64,000 bases of DNA, taken from the NCBI GenBank assembly GCA_963768655.1, contig CAVYIM010000003.1, positions 288,001-352,000 on the forward strand. Reading direction: 5' to 3'. This DNA is from an uncultured Chloroflexia bacterium. Lineage in GTDB: Bacteria; Chloroflexota; Limnocylindria; Limnocylindrales; CSP1-4. The notes under the pieces are model-generated. The model saw only the letters and a program-made list of their open reading frames with translations, did no database searches and was not told the origin of the DNA. How positions within the stretch are numbered: the first letter of the stretch is position 1; each line of letters opens with the position of its first letter. Below are positions 30,626 to 41,267 of this stretch, piece after piece. The position numbers and the translations under genes were made by a program.

Positions 30626-32563
30626 GTGGCCGAGATCGGACAGGTGATCGCAGGGCGCTACCGGCTCCTCGAGCTGCGTGGCGAAGACGCAGTCTCGACC
30701 GTCTTCCGCGCCAGCGACACCGAGAATGGGCGCGTCGTCGCCGTCAGAGTGTTGCGCCCCGAGATCGGCACCGATGCGGACTTCATGGCCGAGTTCCGCC
30801 TCGCAATGCGAGCCGCGGCCGGCCTGGACCATCCCAACCTCGTCGCCATCTACGATTTCGGGGCGGATGGCTCTGACGCGTTCATCGCCACCGAGTTCAT
30901 CGATGGCCAGGAGCTGGGCTCGCTCCTGGCTCGCAACGGGCCCGTTCCTCCGCGCCGGGCCGCGAGCGTCGCGAGTGTCGTGGCAGCGGCCGTGGCCGCG
31001 GCCCACGAGCGCGGCATAGTCCACGGCGGCGTTCGGTCCGGCAGCGTTCTGGTCACCCGGGACGGGCAGATAAAGCTCGCGGATCTCGGTCTCGCTCGCG
31101 CCCTGGCCGAAGCTTCGCAGCGGCCGGCGCTCTCCGTCGAAGAGGCGTGGTACCAGAGCCCCGAACAGGCCCGGGGACGCCGCGCCACTGACGCGTCGGA
31201 CATATATGCCCTGGGCGTGCTGCTGTTCGAGCTATGCACCGGCCGCGGACCGTGGGAGGGCGCCACGGCCGACGCCGTGGCGAGGGCCCGCCTGGCGAAA
31301 CCCAACCCGGTTCCGTCCGACTTCCAGGGCGGCGTTCCGGCGGAGATCGAAGCCATCGACCGCAAGGCGATGGCGGTCGACCCAACCAGACGATTCGACT
31401 CGGCCGGGGCACTCGCCGACGCGCTCGAGGCCACGATCGCGCGGCTCGATGCCCAGGTCTCGATGCAGGCCGAAGACGAGGCGGAGGCCCAGCCGGAACC
31501 GCCGAGCAAGGCCGTCGTTGCGCCCGAGCCGGAGCCCCGGCCCGAACAATACGCCAGGCCGGTCACGCCACCGGTCCCGGTCGTACCGGCCGCTCCACCG
31601 ATCCAGCCCGCCCCGGTCGTGCGCCCCGCGACGCCACCGCCGGTCCCGCCGACTGCACCGCTCCTCCGTCGCCCAAACCCGACCGCCCATGTCACGTACG
31701 CCCCCGATGCGTACGCCGACGGCCCGGCACTGGACGACGACCAGGCCGCGGCCGCCCGCGGCCGAAGCGGCTACTCTCCGGACGGCATGGCCAACCGGGT
31801 GACGCGCCGCATCAATCCGGTCGAGCCGGAGTCCGAGCAGTTCGAGGATGATGCGCCCCCGCCGAGTACCTGGGCCTGGGTGGCGGGTTTCCTGGCTCTC
31901 TTCCTGGTCACTCTCATCGGCTTGACCATCTACTTGCTGATCAGCCGCGGTTCGTCGGGCTCGACGGTGTACGCCCCGAACCTCGTCAACGTCCCCTACA
32001 CCGACGCTGAACAGACTGCCCAGTCGTATGGGTTGCAGCTCTCGATCACTGCCACAGCGACCAACGACGGCACCCAGACCGACGACACCATCGTGTCCCA
32101 GAATCCGGCGTATGGGAGCGCGATGGCCAAGGGCGACACGATCTACGTGACCGTCGTCAGCGGCACCGCCCAGGTCGTCGTCCCGGATATCCGGAATCTG
32201 ACCGAAAGCGACGGCCTCAACGCCCTCGCGTCGGCCGGCCTTCAGGTGGGCCAACGCACCGAGGCCTACGATCCAACCATCCCCGCGGGTCAGATCATCA
32301 GCAGCAACCCGAAGATGGGTCTGACCGTCCTGAAGGGTTCGCCTGTCGACTACGTCGTCTCGGAAGGGCCGGAGCCTACGGCCACGCCCACGTGGTCGTC
32401 CACACCCACCCCAACCCCGACCCCCACGCCGACCCCGACGCCCACCCCAACCCCGACGCCCACACCGACCCCGACCCCCACCCCGACCCCCACACCGACC
32501 CCGACACCGACCCCGACCCCCACACCGACCCCGACTGCGGCGCCCACAGCTACCAGCTCTTAG
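30626..32563 (+). CDS. PknB-like Hanks kinase-fold membrane protein with 2 PASTA domains; predicted pseudokinase
   Basis: Kinase fold ([27 protein letters not shown]), TM helix, PASTA repeats ([12 protein letters not shown]). Catalytic motifs are substituted: VAVR, HGG, DLG. Confidence 0.88.
   Translation: MAEIGQVIAGRYRLLELRGEDAVSTVFRASDTENGRVVAVRVLRPEIGTDADFMAEFRLAMRAAAGLDHPNLVAIYDFGADGSDAFIATEFIDGQELGSLLARNGPVPPRRAASVASVVAAAVAAAHERGIVHGGVRSGSVLVTRDGQIKLADLGLARALAEASQRPALSVEEAWYQSPEQARGRRATDASDIYALGVLLFELCTGRGPWEGATADAVARARLAKPNPVPSDFQGGVPAEIEAIDRKAMAVDPTRRFDSAGALADALEATIARLDAQVSMQAEDEAEAQPEPPSKAVVAPEPEPRPEQYARPVTPPVPVVPAAPPIQPAPVVRPATPPPVPPTAPLLRRPNPTAHVTYAPDAYADGPALDDDQAAAARGRSGYSPDGMANRVTRRINPVEPESEQFEDDAPPPSTWAWVAGFLALFLVTLIGLTIYLLISRGSSGSTVYAPNLVNVPYTDAEQTAQSYGLQLSITATATNDGTQTDDTIVSQNPAYGSAMAKGDTIYVTVVSGTAQVVVPDIRNLTESDGLNALASAGLQVGQRTEAYDPTIPAGQIISSNPKMGLTVLKGSPVDYVVSEGPEPTATPTWSSTPTPTPTPTPTPTPTPTPTPTPTPTPTPTPTPTPTPTPTPTPTPTAAPTATSS
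32402..32536 (+). repeat. (Pro-Thr)n coding repeat at the C-terminus of the kinase-like protein
   Basis: ACCCCG/ACACCG hexamer run encoding ~22 TP pairs. Confidence 0.9.
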
Positions 32564-32583
32564 CCCCCACAGCCCTTAGCCCC

Positions 32584-32634
32584 GAGTCGCCCCGCGAGCC
32601 GCCCGCCGCGAGTCGCCCCGCGAGTCGCCCGCCC
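32584..32634. repeat. Short intergenic tandem repeat GAGTCGCCCCGC (~4 imperfect units)
   Basis: Located between the convergent genes ending at 32563 and 32637. Confidence 0.6.
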
Positions 32635-32636
32635 GG

Positions 32637-33842
32637 TCAGGTGGTGGTCAGGTTCGTCGTCGCCAGCGCCTGGCTGCCATCGCTCGTGGAAACGACCACG
32701 GTAGCCGTTCCCGGCCCAGGCGTCGCCCCTGAGATGGTCACCTTCCAGGTAGCCGTGCCGGTCTGATCCGTGGTCAGCGTCGGGGAGACGATCTGCGCCA
32801 GCCCGTACACACCCACTGTGAAGACGACGTTCGCCCCGGCCAGCGGGCCGCCGTTGGTCGAGGTTGAGTGGACCGTGAGCTTGATCGTTGTGGGACCGAT
32901 GGCCCCGAATCTGGCCGGCGAAACCGACAGGTGTGCCGCCAGCTGGCCGAATGCCCGCTTGACCGTCAGATCGTCCGTGGTCACGTTGCCAGCCTGGTCA
33001 GTCGCGATGACCTCGATCGGGTTCGATCCCGCCACCAGGTTCACCGTGATGGCGAACTGACCGTCCGCGCCTACGACCTTGCTGCTGAGCTCGCCGCCGG
33101 GCGCCTGCTTGTTGCGGATCGTCACGGTCGAGCCCGGGTCGGTCTTGCCCGAAACGACGACCGAGCTGCCCGGCTGCGTGCTGCCGTCCGCGGGCGAGGC
33201 GACCGTAAGGCTGGGTGGCACCGTGTCGAGGATGTAGACGACCACCGGCGACGGCTGACCCTCGGAGCTTGGCGTCACCAGCGCAGCCGCGAAGGTGTTC
33301 GAGCCTTCGACGAGGCTGATGGCCGGCGTCGTGAAGTGCGCTGTGTCGCCGACCGTGACCTCGGCGACCTGGGTCTTGGTACCGTCCGCAGCGATGGCGT
33401 AGATCTTGACCTGATAGCCGGTCTCGCCGACGACCGTCGCCGGCACGCTGCCCGACAGTGCGATCGTGGCCTGGTTCGTATAGCCGCCGTTGTCCGGAGT
33501 GTCCAGTACCGGAGTGTCGAGGGCAACGCCTGATGGCGCCGCCGTGGCGGGCGGCATCGACGAAACCTGCGAGATGGCACTGTCGAACGCGTGCGCCACC
33601 TGGCCGACCACGCTCACCAGCACGTTGCCGCCCACGATCACCATCGCGATCCCCAGAACGAGGAACACGCCGATGACGCCCAGACCGAGCGGAGGAGGGA
33701 CGCCTTTGTTCGTCCGGACCGGGCGATAGCGGCGCACCAGGTCGCGGGCCGGAGCGGAGGCCTTGATCTGATGCGACCGGAGCCGGTCGCCCGACGGCGG
33801 CAGGGGTCGAACGTGGGCCGCTCGGCGTTCTCGCATCGGCAT
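32637..33842 (-). CDS. Membrane-anchored bacterial Ig-like domain protein
   Basis: One TM helix; LDTVPPSLTVASP, VSGKTDPGSTV, ATDQAGN, TTDQTGTA. Confidence 0.82.
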   Translation of the reverse strand: MPMRERRAAHVRPLPPSGDRLRSHQIKASAPARDLVRRYRPVRTNKGVPPPLGLGVIGVFLVLGIAMVIVGGNVLVSVVGQVAHAFDSAISQVSSMPPATAAPSGVALDTPVLDTPDNGGYTNQATIALSGSVPATVVGETGYQVKIYAIAADGTKTQVAEVTVGDTAHFTTPAISLVEGSNTFAAALVTPSSEGQPSPVVVYILDTVPPSLTVASPADGSTQPGSSVVVSGKTDPGSTVTIRNKQAPGGELSSKVVGADGQFAITVNLVAGSNPIEVIATDQAGNVTTDDLTVKRAFGQLAAHLSVSPARFGAIGPTTIKLTVHSTSTNGGPLAGANVVFTVGVYGLAQIVSPTLTTDQTGTATWKVTISGATPGPGTATVVVSTSDGSQALATTNLTTT

Positions 33843-34197
33843 GGCTCCATTGTCGCATCAGTCGGGAGTGATCCGGGGCGGCAGTTCTCGCTTGCTTCCG
33901 CGTCGATGCTGCCGACACCCTCTTTAGTACGCCCATTCCGTCCTCCGCGTGACGAACGTGCGCGCTGCGGGCGGATGGATGTACTCTGCTGCAGAGAGCG
34001 GACGTGCAGGATTGTCCGCGACGGTACGAGGCTTACTGGTGGAGGCTCGCAACCCCAAGCCCGATCGGCCCCGCACACCTCACGCCGGCGCCGGCGGACG
34101 CCAGGTTCCGGCTCTGCGAGGGGGCGTCTTGCCCGTGCGTACCGGCCCGCGACCCGTCACGTCGTTCCCCGTTTCGGGTCGGATCGCCACTCGCCCG

Positions 34198-34521
34198 ATG
34201 CCGCGCACGCTCCCGATCATCACCCACGCGGAAATCGGACAGCCCGGCCGCTACGCATCGATGCCGGGCGTCCGCTCCGGGTTCGGGCTGCCGAATCTGC
34301 GCCGCAACGTCTGCCCGCATTTCTACATGACGGGCAGCCGCGGAGCGATCCCCATCCAGGCCCCGCATCTGCTCAAGGCCCTGATTCGCCAGGAGCAGAA
34401 CGTCTCACGCTGTCAGCTCCGCGGCGGAGTCCACCTGGAGCAGGGCTACGTCAACGATGTCTGCCTGACGCCGAGATTCAACCAGTGCGTCTTCTATGAA
34501 GACGAACTGACGAAGGATTGA
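34198..34521 (+). CDS. Small 4-Cys hypothetical protein overlapping the folC start
   Basis: VCPHF...RCQL...VCL...QCVFY; the stop overlaps the folC start (TTGA). True start uncertain. Confidence 0.7.
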   Translation: MPRTLPIITHAEIGQPGRYASMPGVRSGFGLPNLRRNVCPHFYMTGSRGAIPIQAPHLLKALIRQEQNVSRCQLRGGVHLEQGYVNDVCLTPRFNQCVFYEDELTKD

Positions 34522-35915
34522 CGCCGACCGGCACCGTCCGCTCTGGCGCGACCCTCGGCTACGCTGAGGCTCTTGGCGCTCTCGAATCGCGCGGCCGATT
34601 CGGCATTCACCTGGGACTCTCTCGCACTCGGGCCCTGCTGGCGGCCCTGGGCCACCCGGAGCACTCCTTCCGGGGCGCGTTGATAGCCGGCACGAACGGT
34701 AAGGGCAGCGTCCTCGCGATGGTCGGCGCTGCCCTGCAGGCCGCCGGCTACCGGACCGGCGAGACCCCCAAGCCGCACCTGGTCACGTACCGCGAGAGGC
34801 TCCAGATCGATGGCATTCCGGTCGATCCGGAGACTTTCGCCCGCCTCGCCGGAGAGGTGCTGGCGCTGGCCGATCGCGTCGCTCGTCGCCACGGCGAGCC
34901 GACAGAGTTCGAGCTGCTGACTGCGATTACGTTCCGCTGGTTCGCCGAGGCCGGCGTCGATCTGGCGGTCGTCGAAGTCGGCCTGGGCGGGCGGCTCGAC
35001 GCCACTCATGCCTGGGATGGCGGCGTGGCGGTGGTCACGAATGTCTCGCTCGATCACATGGATCGGTTGGGTTCGACCGTTGAGGTGATCGCACGCGAGA
35101 AAGCGGCGATCATCATGCGCGGCGACCTGGCGGTGACGGGAGCCTCCGGTGGTGCGCTCGATGTGATCGAGCGCCGGTGCGGGCGAGTGGGGGCTCCGCT
35201 GACCGTGACGCCGCCGGCGCTGCTGCGCGGCCTGGACCGCGACGCGATAGACGTGGAGCTCGGGCTTCTCGGGCCGGTACGGGTGGCCCTTCGGGGGCGC
35301 CACCAGGCCGCGAACGCGGCGGTAGCCGACGCCACGCTGGACGCGCTCGAGGCGGCCGGGATCGCCCGGGTCGGGGGCGAGGCCCGGCGGGTCGGATATG
35401 CCGGCGTCCGCTGGCCGGGGCGGCTGGAACTGATCGAGGTGGCGGGGCGGGAGGTGATCCTGGACGGCGCCCACAACCCGGCCGGGGCGGCGACCCTCGC
35501 CGAAGCGCTCGACGATCTGGCCCCGTTCCTCGCGCGCGGCCGCCCGACCCTCGTCCTGGCGATCATGGCGGACAAGGACGTGGGCGCTGTTCTCGACGCC
35601 CTAGCCGGCGCGGCGTGGCTGCGGCCGGCCCGGGTGATCTGCACCGCCCCGTCGGGCAGACGGGCGCTCCCGCCCGAGCAGCTCGCCGCGCGCTGGGCGG
35701 CCGTCGCGGCTCAGCGGGGAGTGCCCGCGCAACCGGAGGTCTTCGCCGATCCCCGCGCCGCTCTGGATGCCGCCCTGGGAAGCGGCACCGCCACCGGGCC
35801 GGTAATCGTTGCGGGCTCCCTCTACCTGGTCGGCGCGGCGCGGGCCATACTCGTGGACGACCCGCGTCTCGTGCCCGACCCTCCGCTCCCGACATTGGAG
35901 TCTGCGCCGCGATGA
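34518..35915 (+). CDS. folC: Folylpolyglutamate synthase / dihydrofolate synthase
   Basis: IAGTNGKGS, PHLV.YRER, EVGLGGRLDAT, LDH..LG, WPGRLE, LDGAHNP, AGSLYLVG. Confidence 0.96.
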   Translation: MTPTGTVRSGATLGYAEALGALESRGRFGIHLGLSRTRALLAALGHPEHSFRGALIAGTNGKGSVLAMVGAALQAAGYRTGETPKPHLVTYRERLQIDGIPVDPETFARLAGEVLALADRVARRHGEPTEFELLTAITFRWFAEAGVDLAVVEVGLGGRLDATHAWDGGVAVVTNVSLDHMDRLGSTVEVIAREKAAIIMRGDLAVTGASGGALDVIERRCGRVGAPLTVTPPALLRGLDRDAIDVELGLLGPVRVALRGRHQAANAAVADATLDALEAAGIARVGGEARRVGYAGVRWPGRLELIEVAGREVILDGAHNPAGAATLAEALDDLAPFLARGRPTLVLAIMADKDVGAVLDALAGAAWLRPARVICTAPSGRRALPPEQLAARWAAVAAQRGVPAQPEVFADPRAALDAALGSGTATGPVIVAGSLYLVGAARAILVDDPRLVPDPPLPTLESAPR

Positions 35916-36829
35916 CCGTCCCGAAGCGCCCGGCGGCCGCGATCTCGCCGCCATCCGCATCGCTTCCTGCACTCCTGCGTGCCACTCGCATCGGGTCGCG
36001 CACATTCGAGTGGGGTAGCCGCACGTACGTCATGGGCATCGTCAACGTCACGCCCGATTCGTTCTCCGGCGACGGCCTGCTGGCCACGGCTGTCGGCCGT
36101 GGCGGCGGCGCGGTCGAGGCGGCGGTACTCACGGCCCGGCGTATGGTCGAGGAGGGCGCCGACATCCTCGACGTCGGCGGCGAGTCCACGCGTCCGGGGC
36201 ACACACCCGTCTACGCGGACGAGGAGGTCGCTCGCGTGGTGCCGGTCATCGCCGCGATCCACGCCGCGCTGCCGGAGACGCCCATCAGCGTCGACACGTC
36301 CAAGGTGGACGTGGCGGCGGCGGCGCTGGACGTAGGCGCCGTGCTCCTCAACGACGTCTGGGGAGTCGGGCCCGACGACGCCATGGCCCGGCTCGCCGGG
36401 GAGCGGCAGGTCCCGCTCATCGTCATGCACAACCGCGCCGTGGCCCAGTACGACGACTTCGTGGCCGAGCTCCTCGCCGACCTGCAAGCGGCCCTCGATC
36501 GAGCGCAAGGCGTCGGAGTCCGCCGCGAGAACCTGATCGTCGACCCGGGCTTCGGCTTCGGCAAGACGCCCGAGCACAACCTCGAGGTAATGCGCCACTT
36601 GCGCGATCTGCGCAAGATAGGCTTCCCCGTACTCCTGGGCACCTCGCGCAAGTCCACCCTGGGCCGCGTCCTCGGGGGAGCTCCACCCGAGGAACGCTTC
36701 GAAGCCACGCTGGCCACCACCGCTCTGGCCATTGCCGGCGGCGTCGACATCGTCCGTGTCCACGACGTCCTGGCCAACGTCCGGGCCGCCCGCATGAGCG
36801 ATGCAATAGTCCGAGGAGTCGCCCCGTGA
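35912..36829 (+). CDS. folP: Dihydropteroate synthase
   Basis: MGIVNVTPDSFSGDG, DVGGESTRPG, VDPGFGFGK, GTSRKS, VRVHDV. Confidence 0.97.
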   Translation: MTVPKRPAAAISPPSASLPALLRATRIGSRTFEWGSRTYVMGIVNVTPDSFSGDGLLATAVGRGGGAVEAAVLTARRMVEEGADILDVGGESTRPGHTPVYADEEVARVVPVIAAIHAALPETPISVDTSKVDVAAAALDVGAVLLNDVWGVGPDDAMARLAGERQVPLIVMHNRAVAQYDDFVAELLADLQAALDRAQGVGVRRENLIVDPGFGFGKTPEHNLEVMRHLRDLRKIGFPVLLGTSRKSTLGRVLGGAPPEERFEATLATTALAIAGGVDIVRVHDVLANVRAARMSDAIVRGVAP

Positions 36830-37200
36830 CCGACCGGATCGTGCTGACGAACATGGTCTTCCAGGGCCGCCACGGCGTGGAGGAACCCGAGCGCTCCACG
36901 CCTCAGCCATTCGAAGTCGACGTGGAAGTCCACCTCGACGTGCGGCCGGCCGGCCTGGTGGACGACCTGTCCCGGACCGTCGACTACCGCCAGATCTTCG
37001 ATCTCTGCCGCACCGTCGTCGAGGGTCCGAGCCGCCAGCTCATGGAAACCCTGGCCGAGTCGATCGCGACCGCGGTGCTGGAGCTTGCGGCAACCGCAGG
37101 CGCGACCCAGGTCGTAGTCCGAATCCGCAAACCGCAAGCTCCACTGCCCGGCCGGCTCGACCACGCTTCCGTCGAGATCACCCGCCGCCGCGAGCGCTGA
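36826..37200 (+). CDS. folB: Dihydroneopterin aldolase
   Basis: DRIVL..M.F.GRHGV..PE...QPFEVD, TVDY, LMETLAE, RIRKP. Confidence 0.95.
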   Translation: MTDRIVLTNMVFQGRHGVEEPERSTPQPFEVDVEVHLDVRPAGLVDDLSRTVDYRQIFDLCRTVVEGPSRQLMETLAESIATAVLELAATAGATQVVVRIRKPQAPLPGRLDHASVEITRRRER

Positions 37201-37242
37201 CGTGTCGCGCGGTTCGGGCCGCCGGCGCAACGGATTCCGCCT

Positions 37243-38496
37243 CTAGCTCGTCGCCTCCGGGCGCGTGCCGAGGGTGACGCGGACGGTCAGGTACTGGCCG
37301 CCGCGATACAACTCCAGGCTGATGATTCGGCCGGGGGCGTACTGGACGAGCATCTCCTCGAGCGGATGGTTGGCGTCGATCGTCTGGCCCTCGATCGCCG
37401 TGATGATGTCGCCGGTCTTGATGCCTGCCTGGTCGGCCGGCCCGCCGGACACGACGGCATCGACGGAGTTGCCGTTCGAGTCCTCCTTGTGGACCCAGGC
37501 GCCGTGGTCGAGAGGCAGGTCGTACTTCGCGGCAGCGCCTGCGTCCAGGGCGACGTAGCTGATGCCGATGAACGGCCGCGAGAGCGGCGTGCCCGCCAGA
37601 GCCTGCTGCATGATCGGCTTCGCGATATCGATCGGGATGGCGAAGCCGATCCCCTGGGCGGTGTCGGCGAGAGTCGTAGTGACGCCGATCACCCGGCCCG
37701 AATCGTCTACCAGCGGGCCGCCGCTGTTGCCGGAACTGATCGCCGCGTCGGTCTGGATCAGGCCGTTGAGCTGCGTGCCGGCCGCGCCGCTCGTGTCGCT
37801 GGTTACCGTGATGTCGCGACCGAGTGCAGAGACGATGCCGGAGGTGACACTGTTGGAGTAGCCGACTCCGAGCGGGCTCCCGATCGCTATCGCCAGCTGG
37901 CCGACCTGCAGCGCGGACGAAGTCCCCATCGGGGCAGGAGACAGGCCACTGGCGGCGTCGATCTTGACGATCGCCAGATCCGTGAGCGTGTCGACGCCGT
38001 AGAGACTGCCGGTGAAGTGGCGGCCATCCTCGAGGACGATGTCGATGCTCGTCGCACTCGCCACCACGTGCTTGTTGGTCAGGATCCAGCCGGCGGTGTC
38101 ATAGACGATGCCGGAACCGGTGGTCTCGCCTGTCGGCTGTTGAGCCACGATCGTGACCACCGACGGGCCGACCTTGGCAGCGGCCTGGATGATCGCGCCC
38201 GAATCCGACTGGACCGAAACGTTGATCGCTACTGCTGCCGTCGCGGCCGGGGCGTTGAAGGCCCCAGTCTCTCTGAGCGCCATGAAGGTCGCGCCACCGC
38301 CAACGACCGCGCCGATAAGGGAGGTCACCAACACGGCAACGATCAAGCCGCGGCTCGGGCCCGGCCGGTCTTCCTCCGGAGTCAGCGCCGCCGGCGGCTC
38401 GAACCAACGCTCGGGAGTCGATCCACCGGGTGGGAACCCGGCCTGCCAGGGTGGACGCTGCTCCGGCACCGGCTCGTAGTGGTTGGCTTCGGTCAT
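37243..38496 (-). CDS. htrA: HtrA/DegP-family serine protease with PDZ domain
   Basis: GSG, LTNKHVV, DLAIVKI, QTDAAISSGNSGGPL, PDZ domain. Confidence 0.94.
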   Translation of the reverse strand: MTEANHYEPVPEQRPPWQAGFPPGGSTPERWFEPPAALTPEEDRPGPSRGLIVAVLVTSLIGAVVGGGATFMALRETGAFNAPAATAAVAINVSVQSDSGAIIQAAAKVGPSVVTIVAQQPTGETTGSGIVYDTAGWILTNKHVVASATSIDIVLEDGRHFTGSLYGVDTLTDLAIVKIDAASGLSPAPMGTSSALQVGQLAIAIGSPLGVGYSNSVTSGIVSALGRDITVTSDTSGAAGTQLNGLIQTDAAISSGNSGGPLVDDSGRVIGVTTTLADTAQGIGFAIPIDIAKPIMQQALAGTPLSRPFIGISYVALDAGAAAKYDLPLDHGAWVHKEDSNGNSVDAVVSGGPADQAGIKTGDIITAIEGQTIDANHPLEEMLVQYAPGRIISLELYRGGQYLTVRVTLGTRPEATS

Positions 38497-38666
38497 CTCG
38501 GGCTTCCGAAATCCTGACGAGAGAAGTGACGGGGAGGGAATGCCGCAGACAGGCAACGGATCGCGCCACGACTTCTACCGCCGGTAGTCGAGGCGACGCA
38601 TGACAGCATGCCCTGCCGCGGTTCACGTTCCAGCGTGGGGACGGTGAAGAATCCGCCACCTGGCGG

Positions 38667-40484
38667 CTACTTGCGCCCTGAGGGCGGCTCCGGCGACGGG
38701 ACTGCGGGGACCGCCATGGCGGCGGGCGGGACCACAGTCGAGCTGACGGCCGGGGCTTTCGTGGCGCCCCTGCCGGCATCCTTGCCCTTGCCCCTGGCTT
38801 TGCCGGCCCTGCCGCCGGCCGCGCCCTCGGCGATGGCCGCGGCGGCACGTTCCGCCGGCGTGCGCGGGTCCGCAGGCAGAGTGACCGCAAACGTGGACCC
38901 CGACCCGACGCGGCTCTCGACCGAGATCCGGCCGGCGTGCATCTCCACGATAGAGCGCACGATCGCCAGGCCGAGGCCGCTGCCACTGCTCCGCGCCTCG
39001 CTCGACCTCGACCCGCGGTAGAAACGGTCGAAGATGTGCGGCAGCTCCGCCGCGTCGATGCCAACTCCGGTGTCGATGACCTGGATGCGGGCGCCGCCCT
39101 GGCGATGGGGCGTGAGCTTGACCGTGACCGACCCGCCGCGAGGTGTGAACTTGAGGGCGTTGCCGACCAGGTTGCTCACGACCTGACCGATACGCGGCGG
39201 ATCGTGACGGATGATGAGGGGCCCATCAGGGACCTCGGTCGTGAGGGAGACGCCGCGGCGGCGGGCCGCGGCTTCGGCCTGCTCGGCCGCCGAGAGGACC
39301 GTGGCGCGCAGGTCGTCGGGCCGTAGATCGAGCCGCACCAGGCCAGAGTCGAGCTTGGAGAGCTCGAGAAGGTTCTGGGCCAGCCAGTCGAGCCGTTCGA
39401 GCTGCTGGGCGCTCAATTCGAGGAATTCCGTCCGGGCTATCGGGTCCTCGCCGGCCTTTTCGCGTAGCAGTTCATTGAAGGTTCGGAGAGCCGCCAGCGG
39501 AGTGCGGAGCTCGTGCGAGACATCGGCCAGGAACTCGCGGCTGCGGTCGCGGTCGCGGACGATGACGTCCATCGTCTCCTGTACCTGGGCCGCCATGGCG
39601 TTGAACTGGCGTGACAGCTCGGTGATCTCGGCGGCGCCGGTTCGGGCCCGGTCCGCCGGCACGCGGCGGTCCAGGTCGCCTTCGGCCAGCGCTCGGGCTG
39701 CCTCGGTAAGCCGCCGCAGCGGCGCCGTGAATTGCCGGGCCAGAAGCGAGGCGACGATGACCGCAAGGACGAGCGCGGCTATCGCGGACAGGGTCAGGAA
39801 CCCAACCACCACCGCGATCGTGCTCTCCCGACTCGTGTAAGGCGCCGAGAGGCTGACCTCCATGTACCAGGGCGGCTGCACGCCGTCGGGATCGTCGAAC
39901 TCGAAGACCTTCGTGTAGCTGATGGTGTCGCGTGTCTGTCCGCGGCCCGGCTGGACGGTCAACTGCGCGGTGAAGGTCGATGGCTCGCTCGCGGCGATGA
40001 AGACCGGGCCGTTGGAAGTCTCCGACTCGAGCCCGAAACGCACACGCAGGTCGGCCAGCGCCACCTCGTTGGCGTACTCGCTGATGGTGCTGCCGAACGC
40101 GTCTCGGACGCTTGAGTTCAACTCGCCCGCGGCCGACACGACAGTCTGGTTCTGGGGGTCTCGCGATGCTATGTCTTCCGCCTGCACGCCCAACACTGCC
40201 GCGACGGCGTTGGCCCTGGACTCGAGACTCAGCTGGTCCTGCTGGCGCAGGTCGCGATCCAGAACGAAGATCGTCACGGCCGAAACCACTCCGACGGCGA
40301 CCGCGAAGACGACCACGAACGCGAGCGACAGGCGACCCTGGAAGGTTCTGGGCAGCGGCAGGGGGATGCGGATCGATCGTCTGCGCCCGGGGCCCCGGCC
40401 CGCGCCCTGGACGCCCACGCCGTCGTCGGGCGACTCGTTCGTCGACGCCTCGACGCTCGGCCCGATCGGTTGCTCCGGGCTCAT
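38667..40484 (-). CDS. HAMP-domain sensor histidine kinase
   Basis: 2 TM helices, HAMP, VSHELRTPL, NLVGNALKF, DTGVG, FDRFYR, GSGLGLAI. Confidence 0.95.
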   Translation of the reverse strand: MSPEQPIGPSVEASTNESPDDGVGVQGAGRGPGRRRSIRIPLPLPRTFQGRLSLAFVVVFAVAVGVVSAVTIFVLDRDLRQQDQLSLESRANAVAAVLGVQAEDIASRDPQNQTVVSAAGELNSSVRDAFGSTISEYANEVALADLRVRFGLESETSNGPVFIAASEPSTFTAQLTVQPGRGQTRDTISYTKVFEFDDPDGVQPPWYMEVSLSAPYTSRESTIAVVVGFLTLSAIAALVLAVIVASLLARQFTAPLRRLTEAARALAEGDLDRRVPADRARTGAAEITELSRQFNAMAAQVQETMDVIVRDRDRSREFLADVSHELRTPLAALRTFNELLREKAGEDPIARTEFLELSAQQLERLDWLAQNLLELSKLDSGLVRLDLRPDDLRATVLSAAEQAEAAARRRGVSLTTEVPDGPLIIRHDPPRIGQVVSNLVGNALKFTPRGGSVTVKLTPHRQGGARIQVIDTGVGIDAAELPHIFDRFYRGSRSSEARSSGSGLGLAIVRSIVEMHAGRISVESRVGSGSTFAVTLPADPRTPAERAAAAIAEGAAGGRAGKARGKGKDAGRGATKAPAVSSTVVPPAAMAVPAVPSPEPPSGRK

Positions 40485-40494
40485 CGTGGCGGCC

Positions 40495-41193
40495 TCAGCG
40501 CTCAGCGAAGGCGTACCCCGCGCCCCGCACTGTCAGCACGAACTTCGGACTGGACGGGTCGTCCTCGAGCTTCTCCCGCAGGTGGCTGATGTGGACGTTG
40601 ATCGTCTTCTCGTCCTGGTCCAACGCCTCGTAGTCGCGGATAAGCTCGAGCAGCTCGCGCCGCGAGTAGACCCGCCCCGGACGGCTGGCAAGGTGGCGCA
40701 GGATCTCGAACTCCGTCGCGGTCAGGCCGATGCGCCGCTCGCCCCGCTGGACGCGCCTCCGCTCCAGGTCGATCAGCAGGTCGCCATGGCGCAGCATTCG
40801 TCCCCCGCCGGCATCCGAAAGGTCCCCATAGGCCCGGCGCAGGAGTGCCTTGATGCGGCTCATCAGCTCTCGCAGGCCGAAGGGCTTGGTCACGTAGTCG
40901 TCCGCGCCGAGCTCCAGGCCGATGACCTTGTCCATTTCCTCGTCGCGGGCCGTGAGGATCAGGACCGGCGCCTTGGAGCCGTTCATCCTCATCCTGCGCA
41001 GGACTTCGAAGCCGTCGATGCCCGGCAGGCGGACGTCCAGGACGACCAGATCCGGCGCGTCACGCATCGCGAATTCGAGACCTTCTTCGCCAGAGCGCGC
41101 GACCGCGACCTGGTAGCCCTCCTGCTGGAGCGCGTACTGGATGCCGCGAGCGACGGCGTATTCGTCCTCGACGATCAGGATGGTGGCAGCCAC
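40495..41193 (-). CDS. OmpR-family response regulator
   Basis: ILIVEDE, LDVRLPG, GADDYVTKPF, TINVHISHLREK, TVRGAGY; GTG start. Confidence 0.95.
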   Translation of the reverse strand: MAATILIVEDEYAVARGIQYALQQEGYQVAVARSGEEGLEFAMRDAPDLVVLDVRLPGIDGFEVLRRMRMNGSKAPVLILTARDEEMDKVIGLELGADDYVTKPFGLRELMSRIKALLRRAYGDLSDAGGGRMLRHGDLLIDLERRRVQRGERRIGLTATEFEILRHLASRPGRVYSRRELLELIRDYEALDQDEKTINVHISHLREKLEDDPSSPKFVLTVRGAGYAFAER

Positions 41194-41267
41194 GAGCCGG
41201 AATCTACACCCCGCGCCCGCCGAGGATCGACTGAAAGGCTGGCCTGGCGTCGCGCCCCCGACCGAGG

